DNA from: Candidatus Nanoarchaeia archaeon
Lineage (GTDB): Archaea > Nanobdellota > Nanobdellia > Woesearchaeales > GW2011-AR9
DNA: 62,077 bases
NCBI GenBank assembly: GCA_035288985.1
Contig: DATDYP010000025.1
Coordinates: 1-62,077 of the forward strand
Direction of reading: 5' to 3'
This document shows, piece after piece, positions 1 to 9,863 of this stretch (the stretch's first letter is position 1; each line of letters starts with the position of its first letter). The position numbers were made by a program, and so were the translations under genes. The notes under the pieces were generated by a model. The model saw only the letters and a program-made list of their open reading frames with translations, was not told the DNA's origin and searched no databases.

Positions 1-1583
1 TAGCTGGCTGACCAAGTGCCTGAATTATTCACTGCAGTGGCATTAAATCCTGTACCTGAAGCATTATCAAAACTATAGGTGGCATTTCGCACGCCAGTTC
101 CTGCAGCTAGCAATTGAGTATAATCCTTCAGCTGAACGTTAAAACTCTGATTGAAGGAGTTTACACTGAAGTTCTGGCCGTTAAGGGAGCTTTGAACAGT
201 AGCATTAGAAACATTCGGTGCCATCAAATCAACAGTAATTGCAACCGTTACACTCCGGTTGGCATTGTTTGTATTGTTTACTGTATCATTGGCAAAGACC
301 GTAACAGTGTGCGCTCCCTCTACAACGGCGGATATATTAACATTGGCATTCCAGCTTGTTCCGGAACTGTTGGTGGCGCTTATATTAAAGGGAGTTGTGT
401 TAGTGTTAAACATGAAAATAACAGCGCTGACGTTAGAAAGATCAGTTACAGTTGTATTGAATGGCTGCAGACCTCCGCTCAGATTGGCAGTTGCGACAGG
501 ATTATTGATAGTAACAGCAGGACTGACATTTTCTGCCAGAGTGGTGTAATTGCTGAATGAACTGACGTTGAAGGAGAGAATGCCTGCATAAGGATCATAT
601 GTAGTAGCATTGCAAATCGGTACGCTTACGCTATCACAAACGAAGAGACCATTCCTAAAGATTCGAGGCAGACTCTTGTATACCAAACTTCGGATCTGTA
701 TTTCTGCTGTGGTGTTTAAGTTGAGCATTCCTGGGTTGTCTAGCAGCCCCGTTAAATTATTCTGTACGAAGACTGTTTCCCTGATAAGCAAGCTAAGATT
801 TGTTGTTAGATTTGTTTTAGTCCAATTAATCTCTCCAAGTGTATTATTATACTTTAAAGAATTTGTAGTTTGTGTATTTGAGTCTGCAACATCCTGGATT
901 GCCCTTGTTCCTCCTGGGCCATACACGCTGATATTTGTATTGAGAATAAGATTTCCAGTTGAAGTTCCATTGAGAATGATTCCATTGATATTATTCACTA
1001 GTGGCCCGATAGTAATATTGGTATCAATTATGGTATTATTGGATGAATTGAGGAGTTGAATTGCAAAAATATTTGGACCTGTACTACCACTAATTTCTGT
1101 CAGAAAAATACGGGTTCTGCGTATTGTAGAATTGGTGACATTATTAAATACTATGGCCCCACGACTACCTCCATCAAATGCATCAACTATGATGCAATTA
1201 TCTATAGTCACGTGATGAAAACCACTATCTAGATTCTTAGGCGGACCAGTGGCCCCTTCTGCACCAGTATTGTTAATAGCATATCCTGGATCGATAGTCG
1301 CAAATGTAATTTTGAAGTTGTTACAGTCTAATGTAACACTATTATTTAATATGGTAAAACAAGTACTGGTCGAACTAACATCTGCCCCTAAAGTATACGT
1401 TGCTCCTGTTTCATTGAGCTTTTGGCAGCTAAAAATGGTATATGCTGCTTGCGTTGTTATTCCTTCGGTACCTATGACAGCACCAGTGATCCCTCCTTGA
1501 CGAAGGAAAAGTATGCCCCCTACTAATAATATTAGCCCTAGAGCTATTAAACTAGCTAACTCACCCTTTTTTCCAAAGTACAT
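1..1583 (-). CDS. Large cell-surface/S-layer-like glycoprotein (N-terminal membrane anchor, beta-helix-like then Ig-like repeats); runs off the window start
   Basis: Translated by hand from ATG at 1583: MYFGKKGELASLIALGLILLVGGILFLRQGGITGAVI... with no stop to position 1. Very Asn/Thr/Ser-rich with dense N-x-S/T sequons. Absent from the ORF track because no stop falls inside the window. Confidence 0.85.
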   Translation of the reverse strand, partial: MYFGKKGELASLIALGLILLVGGILFLRQGGITGAVIGTEGITTQAAYTIFSCQKLNETGATYTLGADVSSTSTCFTILNNSVTLDCNNFKITFATIDPGYAINNTGAEGATGPPKNLDSGFHHVTIDNCIIVDAFDGGSRGAIVFNNVTNSTIRRTRIFLTEISGSTGPNIFAIQLLNSSNNTIIDTNITIGPLVNNINGIILNGTSTGNLILNTNISVYGPGGTRAIQDVADSNTQTTNSLKYNNTLGEINWTKTNLTTNLSLLIRETVFVQNNLTGLLDNPGMLNLNTTAEIQIRSLVYKSLPRIFRNGLFVCDSVSVPICNATTYDPYAGILSFNVSSFSNYTTLAENVSPAVTINNPVATANLSGGLQPFNTTVTDLSNVSAVIFMFNTNTTPFNISATNSSGTSWNANVNISAVVEGAHTVTVFANDTVNNTNNANRSVTVAITVDLMAPNVSNATVQSSLNGQNFSVNSFNQSFNVQLKDYTQLLAAGTGVRNATYSFDNASGTGFNATAVNNSGTWSAS

Positions 1584-1742
1584 CTACGTTAATGAAAATC
1601 TTTCAATTTATAAATATTTGTTGTTAGCTCTGGTGGGGTTTAGTTCCTGAAAGCAGAATAAATTAATCTCCGACAAAAGTAAATTATAAATAGTAAAAAA
1701 AAAAGAGAAAATCTTATAAATAGACCCTCTTAAGTAGTAAAA

Positions 1743-2480
1743 ATGATACCTGAAAACCTTACAAGAATTATAAGCTCTTTGACTATTATGAGTACCTTAG
1801 CGTGCGGATATGAAGAATTAAAACCAGCACCCAATGATATGGCTACCACCAGTATTACAAGTTCTCAAAGTGTTGGAGGTTACGGTGGTAGTGGTGGAGC
1901 TATGTCTAACGGAGGTTATGGTGGAATTGGTGGTCAAGGTGGCGTTGGTGGTGAAGATTCATGCCCACAAAGTAGAATGTATGAATTAAAATCACAGGAA
2001 AATTGGGGCAGTAGCATAAGTAACGTTGAAAAAGCTGTCAGCCAATTTCCATTAGATATTACAGATGACGGTTATAGTCTTACATTTGAAACAGCAGAAG
2101 ATGTAGTCAGCTTTCTACCTAGTGAAGGTACGCCAACAGAATTAACTCAGTATACTACTAATCCTGCACCAAATACCGCAGGAGGGTCCTTAGGTGGAGA
2201 AGCAGTTGCACTTAAACTTAACCAATGGAACAATAACGCTGTTGCATATGGTGGTTCACCTACTAATCAGAACTATAATAATCCCTTTAATTTTCTTGTT
2301 TTGACTAATACTGGAACAAAATGTGATGGGTGGTTGCTAAGAGATATTGTAACAGCTTCAAGTGAATCTTTGTCAGGCATGCTAAATTATCCTGGTGCTT
2401 ACATAACTCCTGCTGAAGCCAAGGAATGCGCCAAAGCAGCTAATGAAGCATTTCACTATGGTAATTGTAACTTGGAATAA
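1743..2480 (+). CDS. Putative lipoprotein with Gly-rich linker
   Basis: Hydrophobic N-terminus ending STLAC, GGYGG repeats, Cys-containing C-terminal domain; TATA-like TTATAAAT upstream. Confidence 0.6.
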   Translation: MIPENLTRIISSLTIMSTLACGYEELKPAPNDMATTSITSSQSVGGYGGSGGAMSNGGYGGIGGQGGVGGEDSCPQSRMYELKSQENWGSSISNVEKAVSQFPLDITDDGYSLTFETAEDVVSFLPSEGTPTELTQYTTNPAPNTAGGSLGGEAVALKLNQWNNNAVAYGGSPTNQNYNNPFNFLVLTNTGTKCDGWLLRDIVTASSESLSGMLNYPGAYITPAEAKECAKAANEAFHYGNCNLE

Positions 2481-2547
2481 TTTTTTCTGATTAACAACCC
2501 AAATCTTTTTATATAACAATTCCTAATATCGCCACAAGAGAGGGGAA

Positions 2548-5250
2548 TTGATGGATAAAGGTAATTCTAACCGCGAACAGCAGCTTTCAATTAATTATCA
2601 TTCCTTATCAGTAAAAGAGGCTCTTAAAGAACTAAAGTCCTCCGAAAACGGGCTCACCAACCACGAAGCAGAGATGAGACTGCACCAGCATGGTTTCAAT
2701 GAGCTGAAAGGAGAGGAAAGAACACATCCCGTAAGGATATTGCTACAGCAATTCTCAAGCCCGTTAGTGTGGATGCTGCTGGTTGCCTTGGCAATTTCTC
2801 TTTTTCTTGCAATGCGTGAAACAGGAAGTACCACTTTACAGCAATACGCTGATGCGATCGTCATTGGAGCAATCGTGCTGCTCAACTCTGTCCTCGGCTT
2901 TGTACAGGAGTTCAAGGCAGAAAGATCCATCGAAGCCCTGAAAAAGATGGTTTCGCTGAAGGCAAAAGTGCTGCGCAACGGCAAGGAAGCTAAAATTGAC
3001 AGCAAATTTCTGGTTCCCGGCGATATTCTGGTTTTGACAGCAGGCGACAAAGTTCCTGCCGATGCACGGATACTTGAAGCCTATAGCCTTTACACCCAGG
3101 AAAGCTCCTTGACCGGAGAATCTCTTCCCGTAGGTAAATCCATAGAAACCCTCCCAGAAAAAACACCCCTGGCTGACAGAAAAAACATGGTTTACTCCTC
3201 AACAGCGATTCCAAAAGGAAGAGGAAAAGCCCTGATTACCAATATCGGGATGAGCACCGAGGTCGGGAAAATAGCCAAACTGATCAAAGAATCGCCGCAG
3301 GAAGCAACGCCCCTTCAGAAGAAGTTGCGCGATTTAGGAAAGTACCTTATCCTTGCAGTCATCATGATTGTGCTGGTTGTCTTTATCATTAGACTTCTTT
3401 CAGGAGAAAGTCTTGTAGAAACACTTCTCATAGCCATCGCCCTGGCGATTGCGGCGATTCCTGAAGGCCTGCCGGCAGTAATTACTATTTCGCTTGCAGT
3501 TGGTGTGCAGAGGATGAGCCAGCGAAATGCGCTGGTGCGTCACCTGCCGTCAGTTGAAACTCTTGGCAGTGTTAATGTTATCTGCACGGATAAGACCGGC
3601 ACCCTCACCCATGACGAAATGACAGTTACCAAAATCTGGGCCAGCGGCACTGTCTATGATGTAAGCGGCTCTGGCTATGGTACAGAAGGAGCCTTCTATG
3701 TTGACACAAAGCTGGCAGATCCAAAGCCATTGCAGCTGCTCCTCAAAATCGGTTCCCTCTGCAGCGACGCAGTAGTGGAAGACAAAAAAGAGAATAATAA
3801 AGATGGCCAGAAAAATGTTGTTGGCGATCCCACAGAAGCGGCGCTGGTAATAGCAGCAGAAAAAGCCGGCTTTACTAAAAAAGAACTGCAAAAAAACGAG
3901 CCGCGGATAGATGAAATTCCCTTCCTATCAGAACGGAAGATGATGACCACGATCCACAAGGCACCGAAAGGAACCGTTTCCTACACCAAAGGGGCTGCTG
4001 ATGTGGTCATTGAACGATGCAACAGGATTCTTGTCAACGGAACGGTGCAGCGTTTGGATAGAGCGATGAAGAAAGAAGTGTATGCACAGAATGAATTGTT
4101 TGCTAAGGAAGCCTTACGTGTGCTGGGCTTTGCCTACAAGGATACCTTTACTGACTCTGCTTCAGCCGAAAAGGAGATGATTTTTGTCGGCCTTCAAGCT
4201 ATGATCGATCCGCCCAGGAAGGAAGCCAAAAAATCCATCGCTCTCTGCAAGAAAGCGGGCATCAAAGTGATCATGATCACCGGTGATCATCTCGGTACTG
4301 CAAAGGCCATTGCTGAGCAATTAGGCATCGAAGGAAAGGCGGTCAGCGGGCAGGATTTAGAACAGATGCCCAACTTAAAAAAAGAAATTGAAAAAATTGG
4401 CGTTTTTGCACGTGTTAATCCCGAACATAAGCTGCAAATTGTCACAGCCTTAAAAGAGAAAGGATATATTGTTGCCATGACCGGAGACGGGGTCAATGAC
4501 GCGCCAGCGTTGAAGAAAGCAGACATCGGCATCGCCATGGGAAAAACCGGAACTGATGTAGCTAAAGAAGCAGCAGACATGGTTCTTGCTGATGATAATT
4601 TCACTTCCATCGTCAATGCTGTCGAAGAGGGAAGGGGAATTTTTGACACTATCAAAAAATTTGTCAATTATTTGCTCTCCAGCAATCTGGGAGAGATCTT
4701 GGTTATATTCTTTGCCTCAATTCTGCAGCTTCCACTGCCTCTTACCGCCATCCAGATTTTGTGGGTAAATATGATCACTGATGGATTACCGGCAACCGCC
4801 TTAAGTGTTGATCCTCATTCGGCTGGAATCATGGAACGTCCGCCAAAATCGGCGAAAGAAAGCATCCTCTCCAAGGAATTACGGTGGAGCATCATCCTCA
4901 TCGGCTCTTTAATCGGCATTGTCTGTACGGTTTTATTCTGGCTCTACCAGGCCTCTGGGGCGCAAAAAGCAAGAACTATTGTATTTACATCATTAGTCGT
5001 CTTTGAATTAGTACGGCTGCAAACTATTCGTTCAGAGTTCAAGCTCGGGATATTCAGCAATAAATGGCTGATTGCTGCGGTTGCTGCTTCCATCCTACTA
5101 CATCTGCTGACGATTTACACTCCACTCTCTTCATTTTTTAAAACTGTACCGCTAAACCTTGTTGACTGGGCTGTACTGGCTGTGGCAGGCGCGGTACTGT
5201 TCGGCACGTATATGCTAATACAGCTGCTGAGAAGGAAAATAAGGAAATAA
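2548..5250 (+). CDS. P-type cation-transporting ATPase (type II, Ca2+-ATPase-like)
   Basis: TGES, PEGL, DKTGT phosphorylation site, MITGD, GDGVNDAPAL motifs; multiple transmembrane segments. Confidence 0.95.
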   Translation: MMDKGNSNREQQLSINYHSLSVKEALKELKSSENGLTNHEAEMRLHQHGFNELKGEERTHPVRILLQQFSSPLVWMLLVALAISLFLAMRETGSTTLQQYADAIVIGAIVLLNSVLGFVQEFKAERSIEALKKMVSLKAKVLRNGKEAKIDSKFLVPGDILVLTAGDKVPADARILEAYSLYTQESSLTGESLPVGKSIETLPEKTPLADRKNMVYSSTAIPKGRGKALITNIGMSTEVGKIAKLIKESPQEATPLQKKLRDLGKYLILAVIMIVLVVFIIRLLSGESLVETLLIAIALAIAAIPEGLPAVITISLAVGVQRMSQRNALVRHLPSVETLGSVNVICTDKTGTLTHDEMTVTKIWASGTVYDVSGSGYGTEGAFYVDTKLADPKPLQLLLKIGSLCSDAVVEDKKENNKDGQKNVVGDPTEAALVIAAEKAGFTKKELQKNEPRIDEIPFLSERKMMTTIHKAPKGTVSYTKGAADVVIERCNRILVNGTVQRLDRAMKKEVYAQNELFAKEALRVLGFAYKDTFTDSASAEKEMIFVGLQAMIDPPRKEAKKSIALCKKAGIKVIMITGDHLGTAKAIAEQLGIEGKAVSGQDLEQMPNLKKEIEKIGVFARVNPEHKLQIVTALKEKGYIVAMTGDGVNDAPALKKADIGIAMGKTGTDVAKEAADMVLADDNFTSIVNAVEEGRGIFDTIKKFVNYLLSSNLGEILVIFFASILQLPLPLTAIQILWVNMITDGLPATALSVDPHSAGIMERPPKSAKESILSKELRWSIILIGSLIGIVCTVLFWLYQASGAQKARTIVFTSLVVFELVRLQTIRSEFKLGIFSNKWLIAAVAASILLHLLTIYTPLSSFFKTVPLNLVDWAVLAVAGAVLFGTYMLIQLLRRKIRK

Positions 5251-5314
5251 GGAAGAGGATATAATGCAGATTATTGCCAAATAACTTTATATAATTACAA
5301 ACTATACTAAGGAT

Positions 5315-5932
5315 ATGTTAGGGCATTTCTCAGAGGCAGGTGCTTTTGTAGGCAGCTCGCGATTAGCTGAGATTGTCAATGATGCCGGCTGGCAGTTGTA
5401 TGATATCACCCTTCCCTATTATAGAGCCATGCCTTACACCTGGAAGGAAATAAACAAAAGAGGGCCGGTTAAAATATTTTTACAGACGCACCAGTATCTA
5501 TTTATCCCTAAACCTGCTCGTGAGCAAACACTTGAACAAGCTTGTGCTGCTGTCGGTTTTTTGGGGCCTTCCCTGCAGCTTCCTCCCTTAGAAGAACAGG
5601 AAATCGCTTTTGATAAGAGAGGAATGATGGTTCATAGCAGCCCCTCTTGCAAGGGTTGGGGCGGCATGACTATGGAGAAGCAGTTTAGCAGTAGTTATGT
5701 GTATCTCTTTTCACGATTACAATTTCAATCCCACCACCTTATTGCAACCTCACCGCCAGGCTTGTACCGTCCACGGCAGCCGGACGAGAATTTTGACGGA
5801 TCTAATCTTCGCCCGCCAAAAGTAGAGGTCAGCTATAGCAGCAGCATCGATGTATTTGCAGCCCATTTTTCAATACTCACCACAGCTGATTTAGCTTTGG
5901 GTGTTGCGATTTCCGGAAATAAATATAATTAG
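5315..5932 (+). CDS. Hypothetical protein
   Basis: 205-aa ORF with upstream TATA-like TTTATATA; no recognisable motif. Confidence 0.55.
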   Translation: MLGHFSEAGAFVGSSRLAEIVNDAGWQLYDITLPYYRAMPYTWKEINKRGPVKIFLQTHQYLFIPKPAREQTLEQACAAVGFLGPSLQLPPLEEQEIAFDKRGMMVHSSPSCKGWGGMTMEKQFSSSYVYLFSRLQFQSHHLIATSPPGLYRPRQPDENFDGSNLRPPKVEVSYSSSIDVFAAHFSILTTADLALGVAISGNKYN

Positions 5933-5949
5933 AAATAATCATAATTGAA

Positions 5950-6102
5950 ACGCTGAGTATTCCACCACTCTATTGAGTGGTGGTTTGCAAGCAAACCACA
6001 TAATATTTGTGGAATACTTGCGTGCTCAAAATTAGGCTGGGCGGTGAGCAAAGCGAACATGCCATCGGTCTATTGACCGATGGTCCGCCCAGTCCTATTT
6101 TG
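5950..6102. repeat. Two tandem branched palindromes (nested inverted repeats) in the intergenic gap between convergent genes
   Basis: AGTATTCCAC/GTGGAATACT encloses CACTC-TATT-GAGTG and GTGGTTTGC-AA-GCAAACCAC. CTGGGCGG/CCGCCCAG encloses CCATCGGTC-TATT-GACCGATGG. Confidence 0.8.
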
Positions 6103-6117
6103 ACAATGATCTAGGAG

Positions 6118-8625
6118 TCAAAAACTATCCAAACTTTTCTGCTGCAAAATCTTTTTGACTTTCATTTTCCCAACCATTGCATCATCTTTCTCTAGTTCTG
6201 CTTGGATTTCCTTAGCCCGTTCAATAACGTCATCAGGCAGACCGGCCAGTTTTGCTACATGCACGCCATAGCTCTGATCAGTGCCTCCTTCAACCAGCTT
6301 ATGCAGAAAAACAACTTCTCCGTCAACTTCCTTGGCTGCGATATTATAATTTTTGATCCGTTCAAATTTTTCCGCCAGCTTGTTCAGGACATGATAATGT
6401 GTTGCAAACAGTGTTTTTGCTTTTATCGAATTGTAGATATGTTCAGCAACACTCCAGGCGATAGAGACGCCGTCAAAAGTGCTTGTTCCACGGCCAATTT
6501 CGTCGAGGATGATTAAACTACGTTCAGTAGCATTGTGCAGGATGGATGCAGTTTCATTCATCTCTACCATAAAAGTACTTTGCCCAGAACTAAGATCATC
6601 ATACGCTCCAACGCGAGTGAAGATCCGATCCACTATTCCTAGCACAGCTTCCTCAGCAGGAACGAAGGAACCTACCTGCGCCAGTAAAACAATCAAGGCA
6701 GTCTGGCGCATGATCGTACTTTTTCCTGCCATATTCGGGCCGGTAATGACCATCATCTCGTTTTCATGAAGGTAAATGTCGTTTGGAATAAAACGTGACT
6801 CAAAGGTTTCGATAACTGGATGCCGTCCATTTCTGATTTGGATAACTTTCTCATCAACAAGCGCTGGTTTACTATAATTATGCTCCATGGCTGTCTTTGC
6901 GAATGAGACAAGAACATCAAGAACAGCCAGGGTTGCTGCCGTTTCCTGCACTTCACTGGTTTTCTCTGCAATTTTGGCAAGTAATTCTTGAAACAGGGTA
7001 TACTCCAGTACATTGATTTTTTCTTCCGCGCCAAGGATTTTCTCTTCCTCGATCTTCAATTCTTCTGTAACATAGCGTTCGGAATTAGCCGTAGTCTGCT
7101 TCCTGATGTACTGTGAAGGAACAAGATGCACATTTTTTCTGGTAACTTCAATAAAATAACCAAACACTCTTGTATAGCCTATCTTTAAGGTGTTGATGCC
7201 GGTTTTTTCTTTTTCTTTCTCTTCCAGCTCCTGCAGGTAGCGCTTGCTGTTCAGTTTGATATCGCGCAAGGAGTCTAACTCCTGATTAAATCCGCGTTTA
7301 ATGATATTTCCTTCCCTGAGAGTGATGGGAACTTCTTCTTTCAGCGCATTTTTAAGAAGAGAATAAATATCCTGCAACGTCTCCATCTCTGCCAGTCTTG
7401 AAAGGAGCGGGTCATCAAAGGAGGATACCTTCTCCTTTATAGCTGGAAGCTGCTGCAATGACTTTTGTAAAGCTAGTAGATCACGTGGATTCGCATTTCC
7501 GTAGTTGACTCTGCTGATAAGCCGTTCTAGATCATATACGCCTTTAAGAAGGCCAATCAGCTCCTCCCTGCTGATGACGTTCTTATGCAGCACCTCGACA
7601 GCATTCAGCCGAGCTTGGATAGCTTCTTTTTGCAGGAGCGGTTCCTTAAGCCAGCGTTTCAATAATCGCGCGCCCATCACCGTGACAGTCATGTCCAGCA
7701 CCGACAACAAACTGCCCCGGCTTGTGCCATCTTTGATATTTCTCGACAATTCCAAATTGCGCAAGGTGCTGGAATCGAGGAGCATGGTTGTGGAATTATT
7801 GCGCAAAGTTATTTTTTTTAGATGGGTAAGAGAGTTTTTCTGCGTGTCAAGAAGATATTTCAACAGCGCCCCAGATACAGCAAGATTATTCTTCTGTTCC
7901 TCCAAACCGAGAGAATCGAGAGAGGAAAGCGCAAAATGATGGAGCAGAACTTCCCGGGCCTTGTCAACTTTAAAAAAATAATCCTCCAGAGTGTTAAGGA
8001 AACAGCCGCTGTTTTCAATTTTAGAGACAAGCTCAACATTGACGCGAAGACTTTCAGGAATAAGGCATTCGGAAGGATGAAGGCGAGTTATTTCACTCAT
8101 CAGCTGAGCCTGTGAATGAGCTGAGCTGGTCACAAATTCCCCTGTAGAAAGGTCACAGAAAGCAATGAAAAACGCTTCACCAAATGAAGTAACAGCCAGG
8201 ATATAATTGTTTTCCTTTTCCTCCAACAATGAAGATTCGATCACAGTTCCAGGAGTGACAATACGTACTAATCCCCGTTTCACCAGACCTTTTGCTGTTC
8301 TGGGATCTTCCAGCTGTTCAATGATCGCAACTTTGTGTCCTTTCTTGATCAATCTGCCTAGATATGTTTCTAAGGCATGGAACGGAACGCCTGCTAATGG
8401 TGCCTTTTTTTCATTCTTACCCCTGGAGGTGAGGGTTATTTCTAATTCCCTTGAAGCAGTGATAGCATCCCCATAGAACATCTCATAAAAATCACCCATC
8501 CTAAGCATGATTAAGCAGTCAGGATGCGCTCTCTTTGCTTCCAGATACTGCCTCATTCCCGGAGTAAGATGTTCTTCTGGAACATTAAGAATGTTTGTCT
8601 CTACCACTTTTTGGGATAGAATCAA
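6118..8625 (-). CDS. mutS: DNA mismatch repair protein MutS (MutS1)
   Basis: GDFYEMF mismatch-binding motif, Walker A GPNMAGKST, SGQSTFMVEM, LDEIGRGT, SYGVHVAKLAGLP. Confidence 0.97.
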   Translation of the reverse strand: MILSQKVVETNILNVPEEHLTPGMRQYLEAKRAHPDCLIMLRMGDFYEMFYGDAITASRELEITLTSRGKNEKKAPLAGVPFHALETYLGRLIKKGHKVAIIEQLEDPRTAKGLVKRGLVRIVTPGTVIESSLLEEKENNYILAVTSFGEAFFIAFCDLSTGEFVTSSAHSQAQLMSEITRLHPSECLIPESLRVNVELVSKIENSGCFLNTLEDYFFKVDKAREVLLHHFALSSLDSLGLEEQKNNLAVSGALLKYLLDTQKNSLTHLKKITLRNNSTTMLLDSSTLRNLELSRNIKDGTSRGSLLSVLDMTVTVMGARLLKRWLKEPLLQKEAIQARLNAVEVLHKNVISREELIGLLKGVYDLERLISRVNYGNANPRDLLALQKSLQQLPAIKEKVSSFDDPLLSRLAEMETLQDIYSLLKNALKEEVPITLREGNIIKRGFNQELDSLRDIKLNSKRYLQELEEKEKEKTGINTLKIGYTRVFGYFIEVTRKNVHLVPSQYIRKQTTANSERYVTEELKIEEEKILGAEEKINVLEYTLFQELLAKIAEKTSEVQETAATLAVLDVLVSFAKTAMEHNYSKPALVDEKVIQIRNGRHPVIETFESRFIPNDIYLHENEMMVITGPNMAGKSTIMRQTALIVLLAQVGSFVPAEEAVLGIVDRIFTRVGAYDDLSSGQSTFMVEMNETASILHNATERSLIILDEIGRGTSTFDGVSIAWSVAEHIYNSIKAKTLFATHYHVLNKLAEKFERIKNYNIAAKEVDGEVVFLHKLVEGGTDQSYGVHVAKLAGLPDDVIERAKEIQAELEKDDAMVGKMKVKKILQQKSLDSF

Positions 8626-8675
8626 GAGTTTTTTAAGTATTGTTGTGGTAAAAGTGAGATTTATACCCTTCCTTC

Positions 8676-8797
8676 GGCTAATATGAAACCCTCGCCAATT
8701 GGCCAGTGAGCACTATACTATTCGCAAGACAAGCCATGCCCTCCCCCTACAATATTGAAGGCTGGGAGGGTGCGAACGAGAGAGTTTCATATTAGCT
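8676..8797. mobile_element. MITE-like non-autonomous element, 122 bp
   Basis: Perfect 13-bp inverted repeat GCTAATATGAAAC (8677-8689)/GTTTCATATTAGC (8784-8796). Flanking 9-bp direct repeat CCTTCCTTC (8667-8675, 8798-8806). Internal CCCTCCC/GGGAGGG stem. Confidence 0.65.
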
Positions 8798-8841
8798 CCT
8801 TCCTTCATAAAAGATATAAATGATCTGGAGTAGAACAATTT

Positions 8842-9855
8842 ATGATTAAGGGGATTACCAGTATAGCTGTTTCTGCTTTGCTTTCTGCCTGCGCTCCAAC
8901 TTCCACTACCTTTATTGCTTCTGAACCGATACCTGTCTCCAGTTCACCTTTAGAAGAGCGTGTTCCAGTCCAGTACAAAGAAGGAGTGCAAAGAGTTCTG
9001 GAGATCCGCCAGTTTGCCATCGATTCCCTTGGTTTTCACAAAAACAGCAAACATTATACTTGGTTTACCGAAGAGCAAGATCATCAACATACAGTTTCTC
9101 TTTTATCTATAACTGGAAGAACAACCTTGCCTATCTCGAGAGCAGCTAAGGCAGAAAAGCTCCATTTGGACGGCTTGTACAGAGAAGACATTGCCGGGTT
9201 TCTCTATCTAGAATCTGAAAAAGATCCCCTTACCGATGAACAGGAATATTATAACAGGCAGGGATACGACACCTATTGGAGAGCAGTTACGAGTTATCAT
9301 AGCACTGGTGAAGGATTAGGAAGCCCCATCACTCCCGATTTTTTAAAATCTGATTTTGCAAATCAGGTTGAGATCGCCGTCCATGAAATGTGTCATGAGA
9401 ATGTCGAACATAACATCGGTCCTGGTTTTTCAGATGAGTTAGATGACTCTTTTTGTACCTTGGTTGGATATGCAGCCAGGGTAGAATATTTTTCCCAAAA
9501 AAATCTTGATGAGAAACGTGATGCCGCAAAAGACTCTTTTAATGAACTTACAGCTTTCGCGCAGAAATTTAATGAAATTTACGGGAAGCTTACAGAATTA
9601 TACCGACAGGATCTGCCTATCGAAGAAAAAATGAAACAGCGTGAGCGATTATTTGCCGAAATTCAGCCTTTCAGGTCCATGGAGGCAAACAATGCATCAT
9701 TGTGGAGCTGGCATCCTTATTTAGTTCATCATTCCCTGATGAATGAGGCATATAAGGCTCAGGGAAGTGTGATAACTTTTGTTCAAAAGATGAAAGATTG
9801 TCCTGAAGAAGAAGAGCAAGCGCTTAAATATATTAAAGAATTGGCTAAAAAATAA
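8842..9855 (+). CDS. Putative lipoprotein zinc aminopeptidase-like protein
   Basis: Lipobox LLSAC; HEMCH (HExxH) followed by a downstream acidic ligand region, resembling the putative aminopeptidase family. Confidence 0.65.
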   Translation: MIKGITSIAVSALLSACAPTSTTFIASEPIPVSSSPLEERVPVQYKEGVQRVLEIRQFAIDSLGFHKNSKHYTWFTEEQDHQHTVSLLSITGRTTLPISRAAKAEKLHLDGLYREDIAGFLYLESEKDPLTDEQEYYNRQGYDTYWRAVTSYHSTGEGLGSPITPDFLKSDFANQVEIAVHEMCHENVEHNIGPGFSDELDDSFCTLVGYAARVEYFSQKNLDEKRDAAKDSFNELTAFAQKFNEIYGKLTELYRQDLPIEEKMKQRERLFAEIQPFRSMEANNASLWSWHPYLVHHSLMNEAYKAQGSVITFVQKMKDCPEEEEQALKYIKELAKK

Positions 9856-9863
9856 GAAAATAA

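Noticed and set aside
114-1500. Plus-strand ORFs 114-560, 259-549, 610-1059 and 1249-1500
   Set aside because: Antisense shadows of the long minus-strand surface protein
8676-8797. CRISPR repeat or hammerhead ribozyme (GAAAC/GTTTC)
   Set aside because: No repeat-spacer periodicity, no cas genes and no CTGATGA core
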